Of a stretch of DNA of 64,000 nucleotides, positions 50,497-58,849 are shown piece after piece. Where the stretch lies: positions 1,184,001 to 1,248,000 of the forward strand of contig CAWCYD010000003.1 of assembly GCA_963799775.1 (NCBI GenBank), given 5' to 3'. Source of the DNA: an uncultured archaeon (GTDB taxonomy: Archaea > Thermoproteota > Nitrososphaeria > Nitrososphaerales > Gagatemarchaeaceae). The translations under genes were made by a program, and so were the position numbers. Positions within the stretch are counted from its first letter, which is position 1, and each line of letters begins with the position of its first letter. A model generated the notes under the pieces. It searched no databases. It had not been told where the DNA came from and saw nothing but the letters and a program-made list of their open reading frames with translations.

Positions 50497-52792
50497 TTAA
50501 GCGGGCCCAGGCAAGAATTCGGCTCGTCGCAATCTAGGTGAGCGTGAAAGGTTGGCAGGCCCCGATGGTCTAGCGCCGAATGTCATGTTCTTTCGTGTGA
50601 GGAAGGAAATGATGAGAAGGGAGGCGAGAAGCAGAGGAACGAGCATTACTGTCGGGAACTCCGGAACGGTTGACGATGTCGTAGTCTGGGGATCGCCGAT
50701 GACCAAAGGCGAACCCGTTAGACTGGCGACCGGGATATCTCCGCAGACCATGCCAAGGGAGCTGTTCGTGCTGGCTGAATCCGATATTGCCGCAGCAGCG
50801 CTCCAAGCACCGGCCGAGTAATATTCGATCAAGGTTTTCGAACCTACATACGCGCTCGACACGCATGTGTGCGCCGTCCCCCCTGTAATCCCGGAGATGC
50901 TGAGGTCGTAGAACTTCAAGGCCGCACCGCTTGCGGGGCCCAGAGAAACTGTGCCCGTGTTAGAAGGTTGAGCAGCCAGCTGCTGTGTGTTTATGGTTGC
51001 TGTGGCGCCGCTCGTTCCGGAGACCCCGACGCTGATTCCCGTGGTCGGGAATGACTGGGTCGGGACCGAACCTGAGGAAACGGCCGCGGAACCTGCTTGG
51101 GTCGACTGGCATGTGTCGACGACCGGGTTGGGCGACACCGGAGTCGTTGAATCGTTTCTGAAAGTCCCGTTACAGGCGTTGTTTATGGTGCCGGAGTTCG
51201 AGATTGTCGCTAGGTCGAAGTTGGTGAAGGAACCGGAGTTGGCCACAGTACCCCCCATCATGTTGGTTAGAGTGGCACCGACGAGCGCGCCACTGGCGAG
51301 CGCGCCGTTTATGAAGGTGGCACCGTAAACGTTCGTGATCACTCCGGAGGCGTTGTTGTTCAGAGTGCTCCAGACTCGGACGAAGCCGCCCGCGTTGTTC
51401 GTTATGGTCCCGCTGTTGGATGTATGATATGCAAATGTCACACTGCCCAGGTTGGATATAGTCCCAAAGTTGGCAACGACAGAGTCGAAAGATATTGTTC
51501 CTGTGTTGGAGATCATGCCCTTGTTGACGATGTTGCCGCCCGCATCATTGGTATCGTAGGTGAAGGTGCCGGAATTGGCGATTGTGCCCGTGTTGGTGTT
51601 GGTGAAGCTCTGCTCGTTCGTCATCGTGGCGCCCTGGTTGTTGTTGATCGTGCCCGAGTTGGTCGCGATGCCTGTCCCCGGTGATCCGTAGAAGCCAAGG
51701 CTGCCTCCCTTGTTGTTGGTGATGGTTCCCGCATTGTTGAAATTGTAGAAGCTGTTGAAAGTGCCGCTGTTGGTGATTGTTCCCCCTGCGTTGTTGGTGA
51801 CTGTGGACGGCCCAAAAGCGGTAATGATGCTGCCGGAGTTTGTTATCTGCCCTCCTGGGTCGCCCGTGCTGTCTGGACCAGCCTGCGTCGTAATGAAACC
51901 GTCGCACTCGATATTGGCGCCGGCGTCCACGTCGACCTTCCCGCTGTCGCTGACGTACAAGGTGACGCCGGTCGGGAGGTACAGCTCAGCGCTCGGCGAT
52001 ATCTCGAGCACGGTTGCGATTCCGGCGTAGCCTACCGTGAGAGTGCTCCCTGACATCATGTTAAAGGTCCCCAGTGCTGGTAAAGGTGCCAGAAAAGTAG
52101 GGCGTGCCCAATGGCGCGGTCGAGCCCGTCACCTTTACCGTCTGGCCTGAGTACAGCTCCATCCAGCCGCCGTTGTTGATCGTGCCGGGGTTGAGGAGAA
52201 CCCCCGTTCCGAGTCCGTAGTTATCGTCCTGCAGGGCACCGCCCAGGAGGTTGTCAATCGTCCCCTGGTTGGAGAAGGTTCCCCCGCCCGCGTAGATCAG
52301 ACCGCCGGCGCTGTTCGTGAGCGTCCCCGTGTTCGTGAACGTGCAGTCGCTCGATATCGTCCCTGCGTTCGTTATGGTGCCTGAGCTTGTTACCGTGCCA
52401 CAGACGGTGCTGGCGATAGCGCTCTGGATCTGCCCCGTGGAAGTGATCTTCATGACTCCGGAGTTGGTAATCGTGCCCGCGGAGTCCGACATGATGGCAG
52501 ATATCGTGAATGTCGCACCTGGGCCCACGGTAAGAGTCGCCCCGGGGAATATCGACAAGGAGGTTCCCGCCGGGAGCTGCCCGCTCGCTGCAACATAGCA
52601 GTCGACTGTAGCGTTGGACCACGATCCTCCCAGGCTCGCGCAATCGGCGGTGCTTTGGTGCAGGGAGCCAGGATTGTTGCCGTTGAGATTGTATGAGACT
52701 TGGGCACCCGCGTCAGGAGGCAGAAACGCAAGGATTGACACAAACGCCAGAATCACTGCAAGAACCAGTGGGGCTTTGTGAGAAACCCTCAA
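50497..52792 (-). CDS. Secreted beta-helix-repeat adhesin-like protein with PEF-CTERM (frameshift near 52060)
   Basis: Signal peptide; many GTITNSG/NxGxI repeats; VPEFPTVMLVPLLLASLLIISFLTRK. Confidence 0.8.
50499..50513 (-). repeat. att-like copy (CCCAGGCA variant)
   Basis: AAGCGGGCCCAGGCA; same 1-nt insertion as 52834. Confidence 0.65.
50515..50568 (-). repeat. Degenerate att-like copy with left arm shared with the 45277 site
   Basis: TGAGCGTGAAAGGTTGGCAGGCCC vs TGAGCGTGAAAAGTTGGCGGGCCC (45263). Confidence 0.65.
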
Positions 52793-52833
52793 CCGCTCGT
52801 AATTTCAAGATTCAGTCTATTAACCATGATGTC

Positions 52834-52880
52834 TGGCGGGCCCAGGCAGAGCCCACCCCTGAACAGGTTCTCAAAGCGAA
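52834..52880 (-). repeat. att-like copy plus arm A
   Basis: TGGCGGGCCCAGGCAGA + GCCCACCCCTGAACAGGTTCTCAAAGCGAA. Confidence 0.88.
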
Positions 52881-52904
52881 TTCCTAAGGATTGCAAGGAC
52901 TGGT

Positions 52905-53409
52905 TTAGTAGAACCCGGAGGCGACCATGAAGACCGATGTGACGATGAGAAGGAGTACCGTCAGGGTGGCCAGGTCAGAGGCTCGTTTTGAGCGTCTTTG
53001 GAAAGTCCGGAGGTGGCTGATGTTGACCGGCGGCCTGCATTTCCTTTATCATTTTTATGGCTCTCAGTTGGATTGGGACGGCAACGAATTCCGATATCAA
53101 GAAAGCAATGAAACCGATGGCGAGCCCGATTGTGAGATACATGCCGAAAGAGGTCGAGAAGGAGAGAACCTTGAAGTCCCCCCCGGAGTAGTTATAGAGG
53201 AAAAGCACTCCGAACAGTATGGTTGTGCCTGCCGTGATTTGGAAGAACCGGACTACTCTGGGGACGACCTTCACGAGGAACTCTCCCGAGCTTGCGGGTG
53301 AAAGCTTCGCGAGAGCCGGTCCTACCACAAAGGCGAACATGATCCCGCCCCCCAGCCATCCAATTGCTGAAATGACGTGGAGCCAGGCGAGAATCGCGGT
53401 GAGAAGCAA
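52905..53409 (-). CDS. Four-TM CopD/DUF2269-like membrane protein (frameshift near 52988)
   Basis: WLHVISAIGWLGG; shifted tail RASDLATLTVLLLIVTSVFMVASGFY*. Confidence 0.75.
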
Positions 53410-53495
53410 GTGGGAACAAAATCTTGTCCGACTATATGAATATGATTTCTTGGGCTTCTTCGCCGCGTTCTGAAAATTACCGCTGAGGAGAAATT

Positions 53496-53606
53496 TGGGG
53501 GCCCGGCAGTTTCCGCACCAAAAATGGTGCTAGATTTGGTTCCGTTTCGCGGGTTCATGTCTCGATGGATTCGAACTTCCGAGGAGTCGGTTCGGCTCAC
53601 TCATTC
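53496..53606 (-). repeat. att-like copy plus 97-bp arm B
   Basis: TGGGGGCCCGGCAG (1-nt deletion) plus arm 88/97 identical to 45969-46065. Confidence 0.92.
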
Positions 53607-54323
53607 TCCCTTTCCAGCCAGCATTCCCTTTACTGTCTTCAAATGTTCAAGGGTCAGCTTGATTTGCGAAATTATGTCGATTCGCAGGCGGAATTCTGCC
53701 TTAAGCGAGGATGGGAACTCCTTGCTTCCAAGCCTGTTGATGCCGGAATCCAGTTGCTTTGCCAGCTTGGCCCTAGTCCCAGTGTTAGTAAAATCAGCCA
53801 CCGCATTCCAGTCTGCCTGTTCTCCCAGCATTACGATGTCTCTCATGTCCGTATTTCTTGCCGGGTGCAACTTCATCGCAATTAGCAATTCCTTCTTCGG
53901 AACCATGGCCATAGTAGAATCGGTTACCCCGACGACATTGGCCTCAGTGGAACTCCGCATCAGGAGTTCGTAACTCCATTCCCCTCCAGTATCCCTGCAC
54001 ACAACACTATTGATTGACAGATCGACGGAAACCCTTCGTCCTCCGATCAGTTTTACGTACTTGACAGTTTTCGCACCGTAGGTTCCCTTGCCCACGTTCG
54101 ACGCTCTTGCCTTCCTGTATCCTTCACCAGTCAATACTTTTCCAAATGATTCGAGATTCTTTTCAGAAATGACAATATCGCAGTCGACCGACAACCGATG
54201 AGACGCCAGAGCGCTGACCGCATAACCGCCAATCACCACGAACTTGCCCGAATGCGAATGGAGAACCCTAACTATTCGAATAACTTCAGTTTCCCTCGCA
54301 GTCAGATCGGCGGCTTGCGACAT
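53601..54323 (-). CDS. Nucleotidyltransferase, AbiEii/type IV toxin-like
   Basis: VVIGGYAV, RLSVDCDIV, LIAMKL, RNTDMRDI. Confidence 0.75.
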   Translation of the reverse strand: MSQAADLTARETEVIRIVRVLHSHSGKFVVIGGYAVSALASHRLSVDCDIVISEKNLESFGKVLTGEGYRKARASNVGKGTYGAKTVKYVKLIGGRRVSVDLSINSVVCRDTGGEWSYELLMRSSTEANVVGVTDSTMAMVPKKELLIAMKLHPARNTDMRDIVMLGEQADWNAVADFTNTGTRAKLAKQLDSGINRLGSKEFPSSLKAEFRLRIDIISQIKLTLEHLKTVKGMLAGKGE

Positions 54324-54327
54324 TCGA

Positions 54328-54939
54328 TCACTCGTCGTATTTTATTCCAAGACCGAGCTTGTATTCTTCGTCGAGCATCTCAAGAGCCGGCTCGTACGCG
54401 TAGATATTTTTCTTGGCGAATTCAATGGTCTCTTTGAGCGGCTCAACCCTCAACCCTTCGACCGTTTCTGATTCGATTCTCTTTGCTGGATGCATCAGAT
54501 AGAAGACCCCGAAGACAGTCTCTTTTGGAATCATATCGACAAGGAATGATTTCTTGCCATTGTTTCTGAAGAATCGTTTCCACTTTTCCACGTCTTTTTC
54601 GATGACCTTCAAATGGATTGGATAGAAACCGAAGAACCTATCCACATTATACCCTCCCCTAGTCCAAGCGAATACTGCATCCACGTCTGACAGTGCGTAT
54701 GGGTATTCTGCCTTCTTCAGAAGCTCGTATGCACCGCCTACGTCATTTCTCATCGTCACGTAATCATCTACCGACTTGACCCTGTACTTTCCGTATTCCA
54801 GATGCTCGAGCATCCCCTTCTTCGCCATGTCGTGCAATACCTTTCGGGGATTAGGGCTGGAGAACGTTGCGGCAAACTCTCCGCTGGTGAACTCCCTCCT
54901 CCACTTGCCGAGGATTGCCCAAAGTTCATAGTACGACAT
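54328..54939 (-). CDS. wHTH protein, AbiEi-like antitoxin candidate
   Basis: N-terminal wHTH (VLHDMAKKGMLEHLEYGKYRV); 4 bp upstream of the NTase gene. Confidence 0.65.
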   Translation of the reverse strand: MSYYELWAILGKWRREFTSGEFAATFSSPNPRKVLHDMAKKGMLEHLEYGKYRVKSVDDYVTMRNDVGGAYELLKKAEYPYALSDVDAVFAWTRGGYNVDRFFGFYPIHLKVIEKDVEKWKRFFRNNGKKSFLVDMIPKETVFGVFYLMHPAKRIESETVEGLRVEPLKETIEFAKKNIYAYEPALEMLDEEYKLGLGIKYDE

Positions 54940-55104
54940 AATGTTACTATGGTGGTTACATCTTATAAAGATGGTGTATCAGGCATATCAAGCGACTTAC
55001 TCTGTCGGCTTCGCTCATTCCCCCTTTCCCATATCTGATTCCAAAGCGAGATAGCCAGTGTCAAGCTCATATCCTTAGAGAAGTAACGACAAAGCAGGGA
55101 TCGA

Positions 55105-55578
55105 ATGGTAGGCAACGGAGGAAGTAGGCGAAGATTCCTAAAGTACGCGGCGGTATCAGCCATGGGACTTGCAGCGGTAGGTACCGGGCTTTACTACTCA
55201 GGCAGATTCTTGCCGCCACCGGCCGAAGCATCTTCAACTAGTGAACAGACTTCAAGTAACTCAACTTCAGCATCTTCCGCTACCAGCTTCGACCCGATTG
55301 AGTACATCCAAAATGACATTCTCGACAATCTTCCAGAATACAATTCTCTCCCATTAGCAAGCCAAGCCGCGGCAATACAAACAAACAATGTGGTAGTCAA
55401 CACTATGGGTAAGGGTGATTTGGGGGCTTACGATAGGAACAAGCAACGTGTCTATACGATTTTATCGAATCAATATGATTATTGGAAAGATGGGAAATCA
55501 CCAGAGGTACAATTCATCGATCTGCAAAGGCCAGACGGCACTTTCATAAACTTGTATGGAAATTCCCCAAAAGTTTGA
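55105..55578 (+). CDS. Twin-arginine (Tat) signal protein, AT-rich, possibly truncated
   Basis: SRRRFLK + hydrophobic helix, Ser/Thr linker. Confidence 0.6.
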   Translation: MVGNGGSRRRFLKYAAVSAMGLAAVGTGLYYSGRFLPPPAEASSTSEQTSSNSTSASSATSFDPIEYIQNDILDNLPEYNSLPLASQAAAIQTNNVVVNTMGKGDLGAYDRNKQRVYTILSNQYDYWKDGKSPEVQFIDLQRPDGTFINLYGNSPKV

Positions 55579-55723
55579 TTTTGCTATAAAGCTGACAATG
55601 GCGCAAAAATTCCGCCACCCACAGCAATATCAGAGATCCTCCAACTTCGGACTGAAGGAATCTTGAAATAGTTTAATTCGTCTTAATTCTGACTAAATAG
55701 GTGAATAACGGGGGTAGTTTTAG

Positions 55724-55798
55724 CGGGCCCGGCAGGATTTGAACCCGCGACACCGGGGTCCGAAGCCCCGTGCCCTATCCGTGCTAGACTACGGGCCC
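55724..55798 (-). tRNA. tRNA-Arg(TCG), intronless
   Basis: GGGCCCG acceptor stem, anticodon loop CT-TCG-GA (55761-55763), T-loop GTTCAAATC; followed by CTA rather than CCA. Confidence 0.96.
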
Positions 55799-55823
55799 GA
55801 ACTAAGGCTGGCTCGTGCAGTTA

Positions 55824-56864
55824 TTAACGAATTATGGCCGCGATATTGTCTTGGATGGGGCTCTTGATTACGCCCCTGTCAGAGATGATCGCTGAGACAA
55901 GTTCGGGAGGGGTCGCGTCGAACGCCGGGTTGGCAACCGGAACTCCCTTGGGGGCGATCCGCCTGCCGCGTATGCTGACGATTTCGTCGGCTGGGCGCTC
56001 CTCGATTGTTATCTGGTCGTGGGTCCTTTTGAGGTCGAAGCTGGATGTCGGTGCTGCTGGATAGAAGGGGATGCCATGCCGCTTTGCGAGGACAGCGACC
56101 TGATACTGCCCTATCTTGTTGAAGACGAACCCGTCCTTTGTCACCCTGTCGGCCCCCACGACCGCCTTGTCGACGCGGCCGGACTGCATCATAGATCCGA
56201 CTGCCGTGTCTGCGATGATCGTGCAGCTGAAACCGTCCCTGGAGAGCTCGTAGGCCGTGAGCCTCGACCCCTGGAGCGTGGGCCTTGTCTCGGGGACGAT
56301 CACCCGCACGCACTTGCCCTGCTCGCTCGCAGCTCTGATGACCCCAAGGGCCGTCCCGTATCCGACCGTCGCGAGCGCTCCCGCGTTGCACTGGGTGATG
56401 ACCGTGTCGCCGTCCTCTATGAGGTCGGCCCCGAACCTCCCGAGCCTCTTGCAGGCCTCGACATCCTCCTCAGCCATCTTCATCGCCTCCTTCACGAGAG
56501 CCTCCTTCGCGCTCTCAAGGTCCTTGGCCCCAAGCGCTACGTCCATCACCCTGTCGATCCCCCAGAAGAGGTTGACAGCCGTAGGCCTGGTGGAGCGCAG
56601 CCCGGTGGCGGCCTTCTGAAGTTCCAGCTTCAAGTTGTCGAGGTTCCTGGCCTTCGAGTTGTAAGCCGTGGAGGCGATCGCCATCGCCGCGGCCACCCCT
56701 ATCGCTGGAGCACCCCTCACGACTAGTCTCCGGATGGCGTCGGCCACCTCCTCCCAGGTCGCGTAGGAGCGATAGACCAGGCGGCCCGGCAGGAGGGTCT
56801 GGTCGATCATCTTCACCCGTCCGTGGTCCCACGAGACTGTGCGAAGAGTGAAGAAGTTCTCCAA
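55824..56864 (-). CDS. mtnA: Methylthioribose-1-phosphate isomerase (eIF2B-like)
   Basis: IDQTLLP, VRGAPAIG, RPTAVNL, TQCNAGALAT, ETRP, NPAFD. Confidence 0.9.
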   Translation of the reverse strand: MENFFTLRTVSWDHGRVKMIDQTLLPGRLVYRSYATWEEVADAIRRLVVRGAPAIGVAAAMAIASTAYNSKARNLDNLKLELQKAATGLRSTRPTAVNLFWGIDRVMDVALGAKDLESAKEALVKEAMKMAEEDVEACKRLGRFGADLIEDGDTVITQCNAGALATVGYGTALGVIRAASEQGKCVRVIVPETRPTLQGSRLTAYELSRDGFSCTIIADTAVGSMMQSGRVDKAVVGADRVTKDGFVFNKIGQYQVAVLAKRHGIPFYPAAPTSSFDLKRTHDQITIEERPADEIVSIRGRRIAPKGVPVANPAFDATPPELVSAIISDRGVIKSPIQDNIAAIIR

Positions 56865-56963
56865 GTGAGGCCGCGACGGCCCGACGAGTTCTAAAGCCTT
56901 TGTGCGGTCGGGCCGCCAACGCCCGTCGCTGGCTTAAGTAATTCAGGGGCGGGCGAGACGCAG

Positions 56964-57362
56964 TTGACGACGAACCAGTCGCTGAGCGTCAACATGAAGG
57001 CATCGATTGCTCTGCTTGAGCTGTTCGTCGTGGCTATTGCCCTTGCTTTCATCGTCACGGTCTCGACTGGCACGTCGCAGATGCAGACTCTGGCGGTCGG
57101 CTTGGTCGCGCCGATGATAATCCTCAGCTTGGTGCTCGTCAGGTATTGCAGGAGAAGAAGGACTTGGAGCTACGCAGGGGCCTCGATCTTAGGTCTCCTA
57201 GGCGTCGCCCTCAGGGTCGCCGTGAGCACCCAACCCAACCTCGAGGTCGGCGGTGGGTTGCCTCTCGGGGTGAATGTCTTCTACATCGTGCTCGGGTCGC
57301 TGGTGGCGCTGCTGAACTTCAGGTCCGTCTTGGAACTTAGACGGACCGCCTCTAGCGCTTGA
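56964..57362 (+). CDS. Four-TM membrane protein
   Basis: Hydrophobic helices, QPNLEVGGG loop. Confidence 0.65.
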   Translation: MTTNQSLSVNMKASIALLELFVVAIALAFIVTVSTGTSQMQTLAVGLVAPMIILSLVLVRYCRRRRTWSYAGASILGLLGVALRVAVSTQPNLEVGGGLPLGVNVFYIVLGSLVALLNFRSVLELRRTASSA

Positions 57363-57372
57363 AACCCTTATT

Positions 57373-57978
57373 ATGACTTGGCGGGTTCGCGGGCTTCAGT
57401 TGGAGATCCAGGAACAAGAGGACGCCAAGTCGGGGCAAGCCCAACCCTCGCGCGACCCTCTCCTCGGGAAGGTCGGCAAGGACGGGGCCGTGGTCGTCGA
57501 GCAGAGCGACAGGTTCGGCGAGCTCGAGGAGGCCGGCTACGGCGACCGACAGGGAAAGGCGATCAAGCTCAAGGACTTCGAGGCGCTATACCTGGTCTAC
57601 GCCAAGAAGATGGTCGTCCATGACCACAAGGGCGCAGAGGTCTCGTTCGAGGCCCTGGCAAAGGCGGACCAGGCAAAGGTGAAAGACTCGTGGACCAAGT
57701 TCATCATCTACAGGGACCTCAGGAGCAGGGGATACGTGGTGAAGGACGGGTTCGGCTTTGGGACCGACCTCAGGGTCTACGAGAGGGGGGACTTCCCCGC
57801 GAAGGCAGCGAAGTTCGTGATATTCGCCCTCGACGAGGGGACGGAGAAGAGCCTTGGCGACCTCAGGGACTCTGTGAAGCAGATCGTCAAGATGGGGAAG
57901 GAGGCAATAGTCGCAGTCATCGAGCGCAGGGGCGAGGTCATCTACTACAGGGTGACGAAGGCGAGCTTCCGCAAGTAG
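57373..57978 (+). CDS. endA: tRNA-intron endonuclease subunit
   Basis: FEALYL, YRDLRSRGYVVKDGFGFG, VIYY. Confidence 0.88.
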   Translation: MTWRVRGLQLEIQEQEDAKSGQAQPSRDPLLGKVGKDGAVVVEQSDRFGELEEAGYGDRQGKAIKLKDFEALYLVYAKKMVVHDHKGAEVSFEALAKADQAKVKDSWTKFIIYRDLRSRGYVVKDGFGFGTDLRVYERGDFPAKAAKFVIFALDEGTEKSLGDLRDSVKQIVKMGKEAIVAVIERRGEVIYYRVTKASFRK

Positions 57979-58003
57979 GGAGCCTCTCTAGGCGCGAGCG
58001 ACC

Positions 58004-58849
58004 TTGAACCTCAGGGCTTCCGTCTCACTGCTCAGGCCCGTCAACTGCGCGATGATAGGGTTCGCTGTGATCATCGGCTACTTCGTCTCGAGGCCGTCCT
58101 CCGTCTCCCCGCTAGCGCTAATCCTCGGATTCTTGACGGGCTTCTCCATCTGCGCCTTCTCGATGGTGGTCAACGACTATTACGACATCGAGGTGGACAG
58201 GGTGAACCAGCCGGGCCGGCCGCTGCCGAGCGGCAATGTCTCGAAGAGAGAGGCCGTTGGAATCTCGCTGGTGATGCTCGCGGTGGGTTTCGTCGCCACA
58301 GCCCTGCTCTCGAACCTGGTCGCGGTCCTCATAGTGGCTCTCTACAGCCTCCTCGCCTGGGTCTATGACTATCGGGTCAAGAAGTACGGGGTCTCGGGCA
58401 ACCTGATAGTCGCGTCCTCGCTGGCGATCCCGTTCATCTACGGAGGCGTCATCTCTGGAGGCCAGGTCCTCGCCTCCCTCCTTCTCTTCATGGCGGCGAC
58501 GTCCTTCCTGGCGGGCGTAGGACGGGAAGTCGTGAAAGCCATGGCTGACATACCCGGAGACCAGAAGAGGGGTGTCAGGTCTTACGCGAGCGTCCACGGG
58601 ATGAAGTCTGCGGCGCTCCTGGGAGGCGCCTTCTTCCTCCTCGCGGTGGTCAGCAGCCTCCTTCCCCTCGCGCTAATCCAGGTCAACACGGTCTACAAGA
58701 TAGGCGTGGTCCTCCCTGACGTCATCTTCGTCTACTTGGCATACAGGATAACCAAGAACGCGGACGTCAAGGGAGCGCTCTCGGTCAAGAAGACGGCGCT
58801 GATGGGCATGCTCGTCGGTCTCATCGTCTTCATCGGCGGTGCATTCTAG
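58004..58849 (+). CDS. Digeranylgeranylglyceryl phosphate synthase (UbiA family)
   Basis: LRPVN, NDYYDIEVDRVNQPGRPLPSG, REVVKAMADIPGD. Confidence 0.88.
   Translation: MNLRASVSLLRPVNCAMIGFAVIIGYFVSRPSSVSPLALILGFLTGFSICAFSMVVNDYYDIEVDRVNQPGRPLPSGNVSKREAVGISLVMLAVGFVATALLSNLVAVLIVALYSLLAWVYDYRVKKYGVSGNLIVASSLAIPFIYGGVISGGQVLASLLLFMAATSFLAGVGREVVKAMADIPGDQKRGVRSYASVHGMKSAALLGGAFFLLAVVSSLLPLALIQVNTVYKIGVVLPDVIFVYLAYRITKNADVKGALSVKKTALMGMLVGLIVFIGGAF

Larger units (their letters stand above)
20945..55736 (-). mobile_element. tRNA-Arg-anchored accessory island built of tandem att-delimited cassettes; no integrase seen
   Basis: About 15 direct repeats of the tRNA-Arg 3' end between trxB and the tRNA; accessory cargo; generally lower GC than flanks (by eye). 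Confidence 0.8.

Noticed and set aside
42607-55736. Repeats as a CRISPR array
   Set aside because: Spacing is mostly 0.5-2.3 kb with whole genes between, the repeat equals the tRNA 3' end, and no cas genes are present.
42607-55736. Classical integron with intI/attC
   Set aside because: No IntI seen, and junctions lack the RYYYAAC...GTTRRRY attC ends; the similarity is organisational only.
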